Source of the DNA: Camelus ferus
Taxonomy: Eukaryota
DNA length: 64,000 nucleotides
NCBI RefSeq assembly: GCF_009834535.1
Contig: NC_045697.1
Span: 23,376,001-23,440,000 of the forward strand
Reading direction: 5' to 3'
Below, piece by piece: positions 38,210 to 51,680 of the stretch (its first letter is position 1; the number at the start of each line of letters is the position of its first letter). The notes beneath the pieces are model-generated. The model was not told the origin of the DNA, did no database searches, and saw only the letters and a program-made list of their open reading frames with translations. Made by a program: the position numbers and the translations under genes.

Positions 38210-38630
38210 TTTCATAAGAGCAATTCCCCGCTGTACTCTCATTATTTTTTCTTACCAAAGGTCCTGGAAGTTTTAACTGGGAACATGGCTGTACAACTAA
38301 AGTCTGCATTTGCTAGCTTCTCATTCAGCTAGGCATGGCCACAGTATATGCAACTTCTACCTCGTTACTTTTATGGAAAAAGACAAACCTGAATTTTCTG
38401 CTCTTTTCTCTCATTCACCAGCAGGGATATTGAAATTAGGACTGGACTAGAGACAACTTAGACTCTGAGAAGAACACAGCCAATGGGGGGTGTAAGAAAT
38501 GATGGATGATAACTGAATACTTAGATGCTTTCCCATCCATTCTCTGTGACAGAAAATAAATTTCTATCTTATTTGTCATTATAATTTGTGTTATCTCTTT
38601 AAATCAGTCTAAGATTATTCTTGTTAATAG
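38210..38630 (+). mobile_element. Old MaLR LTR (MLT1I/J-like)
   Basis: 'ctgggaacatggctg..tgcatttgctagcttctc..gctaggcatggccac...gacagaaaataaatttctatctt'. Confidence 0.55.
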
Positions 38631-40393
38631 GGTCATTTACTGGTGTGGAAAGTTGAAACAAGTTATGTTTCCACAAATTAAAAGGCACTGAGTTGTACAA
38701 GTCAGTGTTATATTGAAACATATTCTTACATATTCAACTTAAATGTATACATATGACCACCAAGTCAGTTACAATTATTTTTCCAGTGGTAGATCACTGT
38801 TTTAATTTAAATTTGTCATTTTATAGTCTATAAAATTAGAATGAAAAGGTGGAGGTAGACTGGTACATTTACATAATTTAAATCAGTTTTGTCATTCTTG
38901 CATAGTATTTAGTGTGAAAATATAGTTGAATATCTTTACTGTAATAAAATGCCTTAAAATTTTTTTCCTTTTTTCTTTTGTTTATATGTTTTAATCCTTT
39001 AGACTTTATAGATGTGTGAAGTATAATGCTATATTCATCTAATTATTTCTATGAGATAAATTAGATTTAAGTATAGATAACTCCAGACTTGTCACCAGGA
39101 TTATATTAAATAGAATAAATTAGCATTAAAGTTTTATCTGAAGCTGTCTGAAATAAAATATAATCACTTTCCCATTTAATAACTTAGGTTTAACTACTAA
39201 AATATGTATGTTATATAAATATATTCTTGACCCTAATTAGTCACCTTTGGATAAAGGGAAATATTAAAAATATGGCTTCACTAATTATAAAAAATGTATT
39301 ATTTAGATTGTAATAAATATTAGCTGAAATTTATCAGGTTTTTTTTTTTTTTTACTTTGTGGAGAAACATTTTTGAGTTGTATTGCTGAAAGTTACTTTT
39401 TGCTTTTCTGTTGTCCTCACTTAGTTAAAGAATTTTCCTTTGCAGCTATATAATTACTATCTCTTACTGTAAAATACTAGGCAGCTATCTTTAGTTCTTA
39501 GGTGTTTTAACGAGTTTTCAACAAACCTCACCATTTTAAAATTTTGTCAGCCTTAGTCTTTTAAACAAAGTCCACAAAAGAAATTAAGTAACAAGTTCTA
39601 ATAATAAACAAACACTTCAAAATTATGCTATCCATAGGATAACTTAGTCTGTTGGATGTTACTAATTAATATTTTGCTGAATTTTGGGGAGGGCAACCTA
39701 AGATAATTTAAGGTTGGTAGAAAAATTATCTTCCAACTTAGTATACAGTATGTCTGGAGGAAGATAAAAACTTAGCAAGTGCTATGTGGACATTGATAGG
39801 TTTAAGGAATCAAAATCCAGATCCTCAATTTCCACATGCACTCTTCCCAAAAAGATGTACTGTTTCTGCAAATGCAAATGCTACCCAGGAGCCACTCTGG
39901 TTCTTAGGTCCCAACTTACTTTTCAACTTCAGAGAAATGAATGAAAGAAAGAAAAGGAAAAAGAGAGAGAAGGAAGGAATGAAAAATTATATTAGATTCC
40001 CATGCATTCTAAATCTTATGATGGCAAATTTATCCACAGAATGTTATCTTGGACAATTCAAATTCTCAGTGTAAGCAGTCATCTCAATGTCACTCATGCA
40101 ACAGCTGTCTTTCCCACTTTCCTGTTCAACACTGTTGTAGGCTGTACTTGGCGTCTGAAACTGGCACTGACCATTTTCAGATGCTTTCTGAATTTTGGTA
40201 AGGTCTAGAGTGAGGTAGGAGTGACACAACATTTTATGTAATGACTCACTTTTTTATCCTATAGCAATCATAAAAAGTGCATTGCTTCTGAGTGAAAAAT
40301 CTGCTTAAATTTAAGTATAATAAATAGTGAAAATTAGTGGATCTGGCACTTTTTTCCATCAGGCAACAAATTTTTGGTAAAGCTCTGTGCATT

Positions 40394-40418
40394 TATCTAT
40401 CTATCTATCTATCTATCT
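40394..40418. repeat. (TATC)n tetranucleotide microsatellite
   Basis: tatctatctatctatctatctatct. Confidence 0.9.
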
Positions 40419-40639
40419 CTTATCTGTCATTTATCCTAGAAGTAATTATCTTTTTAAAAATCACAGTAGTTTTTTTAAGAATGTAGTTTCAGGTGGCTCA
40501 CTCCACTCTAACATATGTTATACATTACATAATCATAATTTTCTTATTATATGTTGTATATATTCCATACAAATAATATGTAAAATCTCTAATCTAAAAA
40601 TTTTGATAAAAATATATTTAAAACACATTTAAGTACAAT

Positions 40640-41635
40640 GATGTTCTCAAAAAATATTTATTCCAGTATGTATAGAAATTAAGTTTTGTTTTCCAACACT
40701 TTTTATATTTTCCAACTGTATCAGGTTAAAAAATGTATCTCTAAATGCAACAATTAAAATAAAATGTGTGAGTGAAACATTATAATGAATCAAGTGTCAG
40801 TAAGATCTTTTTGGAATACTTTCTAGAACTTATGAAAATAAACAACGTAATGACTTGACTGTCAATTAATACATAGACTTGGTAGTTTCAATTTTTTTTC
40901 TCCATATAAAATTGAAGAGCTAAATAGAACTGACATAAGATTCATAAGTCATTATGAATAATTTTTAATTATTGACCCAAATGTGGTTTTATGTCATATA
41001 ACTCAATGAAATTCAGAAAAATATGAAATTTGACTATTAATACACATTCTACTGTTCCCTAATTATTCATATGAACAAAGTTTCTCAGCACTTACATCTG
41101 TGAAGTTAAAAAAACAGGTTTATAATTTAGCCTACAAACTGTTTCTTTCTGTAATAAGTTGTGGTTATTATCATATACATAATTATTTTTTAAAAAGCCC
41201 TATTCAATTTATTAACAAACATTTCCAAAATTTTAATCTTTTGTGTTTAATAATTGCTCATCAAAATTTTTAATAATTTTTCAAACAAGGATATACTGAT
41301 ACTTTTACTAATTAAAACTAAGAATATATTTTAATCATTATAGCCTTATGATCACAGGAAAAATTTTTAAATAGTCACATTATATCATTTTTATATGTAG
41401 AGTATAATATGAATTCAATAAAAACTTTCATGCTTGAATATACCAGGATGAAAACTTGTGGGAGAAGTGAACTGGAAATATAATACTACAGAAGTTACTC
41501 CTGAAAATCTTTAAAATTTTGGTTGTTAAGTTTAAAAAATTAAGAAAGGTTCATTTTAAATTTTATTTTAAATTTATTTTAGGATGCATTTAAAGTTTAT
41601 TTTAGGATAGCATAAACTGAAATTTGAAAATACTG
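40640..41635 (+). mobile_element. hAT-Charlie DNA transposon remnant (Charlie7-like), 3' part of transposase and 3' terminus
   Basis: From 41046 reads ILLFPNYSYEQSFSALTSVKLKKQ, similar to the hAT C-terminal dimerisation motif LLPFxSTYLCExxFSxxxxxKxKxR; Charlie-like end 'aatttgaaaatactg' at ~41621-41635. Confidence 0.65.
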
Positions 41636-42094
41636 TGTTAATGCATCTCAAAGCAACACATCACCTAAAAAAGGTCTGGACAGGGTGCAAGATGACTATC
41701 TTATATTGTTTTCTTAGAATTTTATTTTGGTTCAAATATTTAGGCAGATTTTTAAAGCAGTATCTCTCAGATTCATAGAAGTAACCAAGATATGAATTTG
41801 GGATAGGCAGCTCATTTTTGACAGACCTGAAAAATCTGTGATTTATTTAAAAATTGTCAAAAATGTAGAGCAGGAATATTGATTGAACATTAATTAGAAA
41901 TATTAAAAAAAATCTCAAATCCAAACATTATAAATTATTTTCTAAGATTACATGTCGCTTTATTTATGTGTATTACAAAAACAACACATAGTCATTATAG
42001 AAAACAAAAAAAAAAAAGAAAACAAAAGAACATAAGAACACCTATTACTCTTCCCCAAAGATGGAAATCCTTCAGGGTAGGATCCTGTAGATAA

Positions 42095-42305
42095 ATAGTA
42101 CAGCTGAGTGTTTATAAATACAGGTTCTTCATTTCAAATCCTAGCTTTTTTTTGAAAAATAGCTGCTCTACTACTTAATCCCTTGTTTTCTCCTGTAAAC
42201 TGCAGCTGTTAATAGTACCTACCTCACATGCTGGAGAATTGAGTTAATACTTGTAGAATACATGGGAAAGTAGCTGGCATGTGTTTAGCAACCAGTAAGT
42301 ATTAT
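42095..42305 (+). mobile_element. MIR SINE
   Basis: 'ttcaaatcctagct...tacttaatcccttgttttctcctgtaaa...taatagtacctacctcac'. Confidence 0.65.
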
Positions 42306-43055
42306 CCCAGTTTTGTATATACACATATTTATGTAATATTTAAATAAAACAGTGTGGTATTTATTTCACATAAATTTAAAACATTGTACATATAACTTAT
42401 AAATGGTGCATGGGTATGTATTATGTGTTTGTATGTGTGTGTTATATGTATGTACATATACATAAAATTTTAACATATGAGTTCTTCCACAAATCACCTT
42501 TTATCTAAATTTTTTCCTGTTAATCTTTTCTAAATAATGCAAAGTATTAATAATCGGGTGAATGTGAAAAGTGAAAAGTAATGTGGAAACCAAAACTTCA
42601 GAAAGTAATGCAAAAATGATCAGACTGATTCAAGGCTAACTCATAATTCCCCAAAACGGTGTGAAAAAAATGAGTGATTTGTGGGAATATTTTTAATCAT
42701 ATTTCAATTTAAGCAGATCATAACCATAACATCTGCTTTACTCAAGTCTCAATCAATTGCAAGTAAACTGGGGGAAAAAAGTTCAAGGAGAGACTATATT
42801 CTGAAAGACAAAGCATAGTAAGCCAAAAGTAAAAAGTGTTTATTTAAACACTTTAAACTCAGCTATTTAGATAATTTTAAATAATTTAGGGTTAAACCAG
42901 ATTTAATATTTGAGAAGCAAATATGCAGTGTTATACATTAACAGGAGTCCTACACCAAGAATTCAGATCCTACACAAATAAAGATTCAATTTCTTTATTC
43001 CCTGCTCTTGCAGCATCTGCCCATTCTTTTCCTAGCTATTTGCTAAATGCTTACC

Positions 43056-43263
43056 CTTTCTTTTTCTTTTCTTTTTTTAAAGTATCATCAGGTTACAATG
43101 TGTTAATTTCTGGTGTACAGTATAGTGTTTCAGTTATACATATATTCCTTTTTGTATTTTTCATTTTAGGTTATTACAAGATATTGAATACAGCTCCCTG
43201 TGCTATATAGTAAAACCTTGTTTGTTTATCTATTTTATATATAGTAGTTTGTATCAGCAAATC
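43056..43263 (-). mobile_element. L1 3' end (cetartiodactyl-type), 5'-truncated
   Basis: T-rich tail then 'ttacaatgtgttaatttctggtgtacag...ggttattacaagatattgaatacagctccctgtgctatatagt'; related to 63232-63611. Confidence 0.88.
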
Positions 43264-43759
43264 TTGGTTTTAAAGTCTTAAAAAATTCTTGTGTTTTTCC
43301 TAATCTGAATGTGAGATTTTATGCTTCTTGTTCTTAACACTCAATACAATTACAAGTAAATAATTAATTGTGTGATTTGTTCTTCATTATGCTCACTTTG
43401 TTCTAAAACTGAAAGTTATATTAGGAAAAGAAATATCTTTGTCATGTTCACCTATCACAGTGCCTTCTCAGAGTAGACAGTGAGTAAATATGAACTGAAT
43501 GAATGAGAGTTTATTGAATACAGGGATGGATGAGTGAATGAAGAGAAGACTAATAAATTTTCTTTGTATTTAATTAAATTCAAATTATAGATTCTTAGAA
43601 AAATATGGTTGGTAATTTGGGGAATGATTTTTGATCAGTAGTCAATGTACTAATTCATTTTGCAAAGCCAACACCCTAATTTAGGTGATCTTTGAAAAAG
43701 TTCAAACATATTAAACCCTATGCTTGAAACTCTAAGAGTTCTACTATGAATTTATGAAC

Positions 43760-44600
43760 AGATACCGTCACTGGTGTACCCAGGACACTACATACTCTGG
43801 TCTCCGGCTACCTGTCTGAAGGTGTTTATCCTCCCCCTCTGACCTACCCACCACTCTACTGAAGCCATTGTTCCTCCTTTTATATATCTAGTTCTTTCTC
43901 TTGCCAAAGCTTTTGAAATTGCTATTAACGCAAACTAGAAAGTTATTCCTCTAAAAACTTGTGTACCTTACTTCATGTTGCCGTTTCTGTTCCCTGGGAA
44001 GCCAGCTTTGAGACAAAGAGTAAAGAGTTTGCAGGAGCGGCACCTGTGGAATGGAAAGGAAGGAAGCAGGACTGGGCAGAGAGAGATACTGCTACAGTCT
44101 CAATAAATGCCTCATCCAACCACACAGGGAGTTCAGAAACTGGAATGATCTTCCATCAGTCCTGTTTTGACCTGGCATTGGAAGCAAGCCTCCTTGAAGG
44201 GGATGTGACCTTAGGTGAGGCCACTCATTTCAGTTCAGGAAATCCACAGAGACACATCAACTGCCCCTAGGATCTGGGAGAGTAAGATCATCAGTCTTAA
44301 AGGGAGATCTAGGAGATGTATCACAGAACCAACACTCTATCACATCATAGTCTTCTCAAATTATTATCTTTGAGAAAAGTACACCATTACTACAATTGGC
44401 TCTATTATTTATCAGGCCTTACGTTTTTTTTTTTTTTAATTATAGCACTTACAACTACCCAACTATATAACATGCATTTAATTGTTTATTCATGAATTGT
44501 GCATTTCTCCCGTAGAATATGAACTCCACAATTTGGAACTTCACTGCTTTATCTCCACTGCCTAGAATGATGCCTGGCGAAAATACAGCTATCCAGTTCT
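43760..44600 (+). mobile_element. L2 3' region, interrupted by an LTR16-like element
   Basis: 'ctcccgtagaatatgaactccac..ttcactgctttatctccactgcctagaatgatgcctggc' is the L2 tail. Confidence 0.6.
43976..44340 (-). mobile_element. ERVL solo LTR (LTR16A-like)
   Basis: 'ttccctgggaagccagctttgagac...cacctgtggaatggaaaggaaggaagcaggactgggcagag...gtgaccttaggtgagg...agggagatctagg'; explains ORF 43959-44270. Confidence 0.75.
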
Positions 44601-46300
44601 TTGGGTTTTGTTACTGGTGTTGTTTTTAGTTTTTCTTTAGGTACTAAAATAATGGTTTCTCTTTTTTTTGCATCACTCTTGCAAATAAACACACTAAAAT
44701 ATAACTTTCCTTCAACGTATTTAGTAAATTGAGACCAAGAATTCAGCCTGATTATCTGATTATTTTACTAGCACAATTTTTTCGTAAGATTTTTTTTTTT
44801 CAAATATCATGTCAATTAACTAACAGGATTCTGGTATGTAGTGAAAAAGAATGCTTGACATTTATATCTAAAATTGAGAGTTTGATAATTTTTCATGCAC
44901 TTTGAAAGTATTTGGATATTTTGCAAAAGTTAGCATGTAATTTCATGAAATGGGATATGTGGGGGAGATTGATTAACTGAGCATTTTGATATATAAAAAG
45001 ACAAATTTTCAGACTCTTCTAGACCCCTAAGAAGGAAGCCTGTACAGCTGAGAAAGGCAAAGCCAATATATTCACAGTGGAACATTTTACTTGTCTTCCC
45101 TCATTGCAGATCCACTTAGTTGTGAAGTACATACTATAGGAATAAAGAAATTGGGCTGCTAAATATGCTTTTTTCCTTTCTGTTTAAATAAAAGAAAAAT
45201 AAAATTATGATCTTTTGAACCAGGCTTTCCTGAAACACTAGCCATGTGCCACTAATATTTTAGATTGACCATCTGCTGCGGAATATCTCGTGTGTATCAG
45301 AAGTAACAACACACAGAACTAATGAAAAATGTGAATCTCAAATTAATTATTTTTGCCTATGAGTCTCATTCTAGCAAACAGTGAGACAAGAAATAATTTT
45401 AAAAATTATTTCTGGGAAACTATAATGTCTTTTTAAAAATTACATAATTACTTTAAAACATTTTCCCTTTATATGCTGAATTATGTTTCTAACATGTTCT
45501 GAACCTTGTTAAAAATATGTTTTATAACAAGTCTTATTATTTAGAAATGTTAGAAATATAATCCAATATATGTCAGCTTTAACAAACCAACTAGGGAAAA
45601 ACTGAAGAGGAGCAGATTAATTGGCCGGATACAGTTATTAAGAATATTTTATTAGTGATTTCACAAATATGAAAGATAAGACCACTAGCTTGTTTATTAG
45701 AACATAATTAAGAAGTTAATAAAAATGTTTCTGTTGGCACTTAGTTTACAAATGAGGAATCATTGTGTGCATGGGAGAAATATGTTAGGTGGACAATAAC
45801 GGAGTAAGAAATTTAATTGATCTCTATTTATATAATTTGGGGCTAAATTCTAGAAGGTTAAATTGACATCTAACTTGCTCTTGAATCTTTTTTAATTCAA
45901 CAAGTGATGTCACCACAATTATAAAATTAGTAAAAATAAAGAGTTTATTTTAAAGTTAAATTTAAAAGTGCCAGTTGTCTGGGTATTTGCTTCTAAAATC
46001 TTTCTCTTCACAAATTCACAATATGGTGTCAGAAAGTAATAAGCATGAAAATAAAATCAATATATCTGACTTCCAGTGCAAACTGGCATTTCTCATTTAA
46101 TAATCTTTAGAATTTATATTTGTAAGAAAAGCCTGTATGACTTGTATGATAGATATGTTAAATATTATCTACATAATGCTAAAAACTCATTTTTCATAAA
46201 TTCAACAACAAAATAATTTTCAATTAATTTGAACCTTATAAAGGCCAAACAGATGGTTAGTTGACTGAGGTTTTTGTTTTAAGCCAGCAATTGTGTCATA

Positions 46301-46480
46301 CAGCCGGGTCAGCAAATTTTTTCTGTAAAGAGTCAGAAGGTAAATATTTGGGGGTTTGTGGGTTATAAGGTCTCAGTGCAAACAAGCATGACAACAACCA
46401 TAGCCATTACATAAATAAAAGAGCTGGCTGTGCTCTGCGAATCTTCATTCACACAAACAAGCAGAAGCAAATCTTGGCCT
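46301..46480. mobile_element. MER58A-like hAT-Charlie MITE
   Basis: 'cagccgggtcagcaaattttttctgtaaagagtcagaaggtaaatatttggggg...gctggctgtgctc'. Confidence 0.8.
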
Positions 46481-46915
46481 AATACCATTCTCCATTAAAG
46501 GAACTAGAGGCTTCTGGAGAAATGACTGATCTTGGGACTCGACAGAAAATATGTAAGATGAGCCTAGAACATTCTGTTGTGCCGAACAGTAAAGTACTAA
46601 ACCTACACACACACACATACACACACACACAATGATGGGAATATGTCAAATGTCAAAGGAACTCAGAAGTGAACTAAAGAGCACCCAGTGAGCAAAACTG
46701 GTACAATTTGAGCAACAAAATAAAGTGGCATTGAATTATGTCTCAAAATATAAAATAAATGTTCATGAGGTTATATTAATATTAAAAAGATTGAATACAT
46801 AAATAAATAAATGGTGAAAAAACAGATCCCTTACGCAGAATTGTAAAAGTGTATGTAGTTACTGCAACCTTAAACTCCCACTCCTTTGTATGGACTGATG
46901 GTGACCTCATTCCAT
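46481..46915 (+). mobile_element. L1MD-like 3' UTR fragment containing a (CA)n repeat (46605-46630)
   Basis: 'taccattctccattaaaggaactagagg..gatgagcctagaacat..ggtacaatttgagcaacaaaataaa'. Confidence 0.75.
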
Positions 46916-48279
46916 TCCTTCTCAAACAGAAACCAAGAAACAAGTGGCAGCTAAAGAAAATTTTTAGCAACTTATGTTTTTAAAATGTCCTTTTTTATTT
47001 TTTAGAATATAAGTGTTGGGTCATTTATTTTTTGTTTCAAAAATAAAATTATGGGAAGTGGGTAATCAATTGTCTGTAAACATTATATCTATTTTTATTT
47101 CTTTCAAATAAAAACTAATTGCTACTCCTATTAAATCAACATATATGCCTGACTCTAATGTTGGTTTTTAAAATTCTGCATTCATTTTTGGTGCCTGTAA
47201 GTATCATTGGTTAAAAAAACGATAAAACCCTATTAAAATTTATAGGCCATTTCTTTACAACATTTTACTTTATACTTTGATTTACTAATGGGATGATAAA
47301 CGGTATTATAAAATTTTCTAAGCATGATTTATTTGCATATTGTAGAAAGGTATGTTGATAATCCAGATTATCAACTTTATCTCACAATGCTTTATAATGT
47401 ATTATAATCAGAATGAATTACTTTCCACATGGTTTCCAGCTTTTATTTTAATTTTATCATTTGAAACATTTACTTTGGATTAAATCATATGTTTTATGGC
47501 TATATTAATGCTTTTGTGAGGCAATCATAATTCCTGAAATTTTAACATAATTTTGTGATACGTATTTAGATTTATGTAATGACCTTTTGAATGTTACACT
47601 GTCATTGTTGAAGCATTTTAGTTTTAATTCCATAATCTGGTATTATCTCCTCCAATTTAAGGCTACTGAATAATAAGCATAATTGAAAGATTCATTTGTT
47701 AATGAAATGTCCTCACAGTGTCAAATCTAATTTTTGGATTAATATTTAATCAATTTTCAGTATTTTTAATATCTATTCTTTAACTTTACATTCTAAATAA
47801 ATTTACTTCCAGAAGTACTTTCACAACTGCTAAGCAGCAATTGAAATCATGTTAATATTAAAATTATAGATGTGTTTTCATGATCATTAAAATATATTAA
47901 AGTTTTAAAATTCCTTTACTTACAAAATAAAAGCACTATTTACTTATGCAAATGTGTTTTTATAGGTTACTTTTCCCTCAAAATTCTCCAATTATCTGCA
48001 TTGCTATACATGTTTCCAGATGTGTATCTTTCCTGGAGATTATAGCCTTGACCAAGAATTTAAAAGATGGTGGAAAATATATTAATTTGAGTTCACTTAT
48101 AATGTAAAGGATTATCATGGTCAAATAATGTCACTGAAGTATTGAAAGTACAAATCCAACCATAAGAAAGGAAGTCCACTAAAAAATCCAAAGCTAAATG
48201 CTGTCAACAAATACAAGGAAAATGAGCTAAATCAGTCACATATTTCAGATAAATAACCATAAACAGTATTTGAGAAATC

Positions 48280-48701
48280 TGTTTTAAGGGTCTGGGACCT
48301 CAGAAATTTCTCAGGTTACCACTCTGCTGAACTTACACTCATGTCTTACGTCTGTTAGTTTATAACTTACTATTAAATATAGCTGCCATTGTATTCAGTA
48401 AGCCTTTAAATATATTGACATTTAAATTCAAATATTTGGGATGAACTTCCTTTTGCAACATATAGTCATTGTTCAGTCTAGCGCAGGAGCTTGGGGAGTG
48501 GCTTTTACAGAGAACAGATGAAAGCAAAGTATGGAAGTTGCTGACTGGATTGGCTGACAGCCTGGCTGGCTGTTCATGACTGGTTTGCAATTTTGTGACC
48601 TTGAAGCATCTATAGGTTTAGATTTTGCTTTGCATACGTAGGTCACCAGGGCATTAGAGCCACCTCACCCTAATAGCTTCCTTGTTTCATTAATTTAAAC
48701 A
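48280..48701 (-). mobile_element. ERV1-class LTR (MER34/MER90-like)
   Basis: Minus strand starts TGTTTAAATTAATGAAACAAGGAAGCTATTAGGGTGAGGTGGCTCTAATGCCCTGG..CTACGTATGCAAAGC, with CCAAT boxes; left boundary uncertain. Confidence 0.6.
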
Positions 48702-49702
48702 ATATTTTTGAGTTCCTAAAAAGCAAAGTAACTTTGTTACATTATGTAAAGGTAGATCAGAAAGTAAACATTTTCTAAACAAGACCCTAGACCAACTGAC
48801 TATCAAGATCATATAAGCAAGCTAAAATTAAAAATTTTTTTGGAAATAGTTGCTAAAATCTGATTATAGAGTTCTGTTAAGTTATAACAAAGATTTTTTG
48901 GTAATTATGTTAGTGATAATATCACTATGAACAAACAACAAAGAAAAAGTGAGCATAGTATCATAGATGCCTACAGAGATGTGTGTGTGTGAGAGAAGAT
49001 ACAATATCTTGTTTTTTAAAAAAGTAATACCACAAAGGGGAAAAAAAGAAAGCCAAACAACTAAAAAGGAATTTGCTTAAGTTTATATTCCCAAGAGCCA
49101 GTCTCTGAGATGGAGATTAGTATTTGTAATGTTCATTGGGAGAACTCTTGGGATTAACAAATGTCCAGACAATAAAAAACTCTCTGGCTTTGGGACCAGG
49201 GAAAAGTAATTGCATATTGCCATTTTCTTCTTTGTCCAGAACATCAAAAGGCATTTCTCCCTTTATTTCTTTGAAGTATCTGGTATTAAGAGGCTGAATG
49301 CCTTTGGAATATGGAGATGACCTTAAAAAAACTCACATGGGCTGTCTGTAAATTATTCAAACAGTCTAGGATCTAGTCTTCTTATGATATTTTTTTTTGT
49401 TTCTAAACAAAAAATGGTGCTAATATTTTAATTAGCATGTTAAAACTCATGTGGCCATTTCTGTCATTATTTGGAAAGGATTAGATCCTAGACTAGTTTG
49501 CTAGGTTTAATGATTTCTTACTAGTGTCTGTTATTTTCAATCATGGACCAAACACAGTCCTGACCCTTGTGACTTGATGAATGGCCCATAATCATAACTG
49601 CACCACCAGCACTTCTCAGTGAGCTTAAAATGCAGGATAAAACTTGGTAGCATGACATAATTTTTAAATGAAGAAATTATACACTTTAAAAAAAGAAGTA
49701 TG

Positions 49703-49808
49703 GGAGTAGGAGGAGAAATAGGAAGAGGAGAAATAAGAGGAGGGGAGGAAAAGGATGAAAAAGAGAAGAGAGAGAGAAGGCAGAGGAAAAGTAGGGGAAG
49801 AAGGAAAC
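49703..49808. repeat. GA-rich low-complexity polypurine tract
   Basis: ggagtaggaggagaaataggaagaggagaaataagaggaggggaggaaaagg... Confidence 0.85.
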
Positions 49809-50479
49809 ATTTTGAGAAACTCACAGTGTTAACACTGCAGTGTTGTTTTTGTGTGATGTTTCTAACTGAGCCTCAGCTGACATTTAGATGTGCCTAGATT
49901 CACGGACCCACCAAATCAGATATCTATTGCTATATACATACATATATCCGTATCTATAATCTGATTTGATTTAAATGAAAAAAGATGCACAAAAAGGACA
50001 ACAAGAGGGAAAGCATGAGGTGTTTATCACCAGCTCCATGAAGGATACATGCAGAAGCACTGCCATTCTGAACTAATGTTGGGAGCAGAGTCAGCAGAAG
50101 TTGGATATAAAATATGATGTGTGTTTTTTTTTTACCTACATGCTAGCAAATCCCAAAGAAAACCAGTGTTCATTTATCTTCAAGATATGGTACTAAGCTG
50201 AATTATTTTATGATGTTTATTTGAAAAATGGAATATAATTAACTTCCCATTGCATCTCAAATTCTTGATATTTCTACATTTTGCATCTAAAAATATTTTT
50301 AAGTAGGAGACCATACTTACTAACATCTTACATCTTTATCTTTTGTTTTTCTATCTCTTCTCTTAGCAGTTATGATAAGAATTCATAGCAGTTATGAAAA
50401 GAATAGACTTATGCTAGTTCACTTAATAATTTGTTTTAACACTAATCAATCAATACATATACAAGTTTATGTGAGGGAA

Positions 50480-50930
50480 GCATCATCGTGGTCAAGGATT
50501 AAGAAGAAACAATTTAGAGAAGAGAAAGGTTTAAACCTACCTGCGAAGGTGTAGTTTGGAAGAAAATAAATGGTAATATTTTTAAGGGGTGACAGTTGTC
50601 TCAGTGAAGCCAAACAGGTGGAAAAGTTTGGGCTATTTTTTTAAAGAGAGTTAACAAGTCAGTGTTTCTTTAGTATGGAAGCAGTGAGAGTTGTAAGACA
50701 AGGCTCAAGCATAGTTTTGACGGGTCATTAATCCACATTAAAGAGTTTAGACTTTATTTCACCCACAATGAAGAATTATTAGGGAGAAAGAAACGGCAAC
50801 TTGAAAACAATGTTTAAGCTGGCTGCCCTGTGGAAGAGATGTATTAAAGTGGTCGAAACTCCCAGATGTGTGTCTAGTAAGCAAACTACTACAGAAGTAA
50901 TAAGTGAAAGATAAATGCCTGGCTGTGGAG
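50480..50930 (-). mobile_element. L2 fragment
   Basis: 'attaaagagtttagactttattt...gtttaagctggctgccctgtggaagag' resembles antisense L2. Confidence 0.5.
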
Positions 50931-51263
50931 CTTAGACTTCTTTGTGTGTATGTTTCCCTCTGTGTGTGTCTGTATGTGTGTTTATTTGTGTTTATTAATG
51001 ATCTAGTAATTTTCCAAAGTCATAATATTTCCTAAACTTAAGCCCAACAGTCACCAATCTGTCTGTTAATACGTTTTTTCGTCTATTACCAACTGCATGA
51101 GTTTGTGGCTCATGTTGGGGAAAAAAGGAGTCCTGCCCTAAATAGATCATGGATATAGCTGATCTATGAAACACTTCAGCAACACAAAGTGATTCATACA
51201 CAAAGGACCATTTTTTTCCCCTGAGTTTTAGTGGCAAAATTTTTAATTTAAAAAAATGTCCTG

Positions 51264-51400
51264 GGTGGGGGGTTGGTGGTAGTAGCTCAGTGGTGGAGCA
51301 CATACTTAGCAAGCACAAGGTCCTGGGTTCAATCCCCAGTACCTCCACCAAAAATAAATAAATAAATGCATTTTTAAAACAAATTTAAAAGAAGAAAAAC
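51264..51400 (+). mobile_element. tRNA-Ala-derived SINE (camelid Vic-1-like)
   Basis: A box tagctcagtggtgg, anticodon-loop cttagca, B box ggttcaatcc, A-rich tail; degenerate TSD aaatgtcctg/aaagggcctg. Confidence 0.85.
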
Positions 51401-51489
51401 AAAGGGCCTGATTTCACACCTAGCCAGTGGGATTTAGCTATGGAGGAACAGCAAGTAACACATCTTTATATCTACACATCCAGTCATCA

Positions 51490-51680
51490 TTGACAAGGGT
51501 TATATGGACACAGAGATCTGGATTTGAATCCAAGTCTTCTTATCAGAGTGACACGGAGCTAGTTACTCGCCCTTGCTAAGAACTACTTCTTCAACACCAC
51601 TCCTACAGTAAAATTAATGTAGTAGCAGTATGCATGCCTGCTTTCCAGAACACCTGGAATACAGTTAAGTATGCAGTTAA
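51490..51680 (+). mobile_element. MIR SINE
   Basis: 'agatctggatttgaatccaagtctt...gtgacacggagctagttactc'. Confidence 0.55.

Noticed and set aside
51280..51347. tRNA-Ala gene
   Set aside because: Disrupted stems, G-rich leader, A-rich tail and TSD-like flanks show it is a SINE; the same applies to 60792-60865
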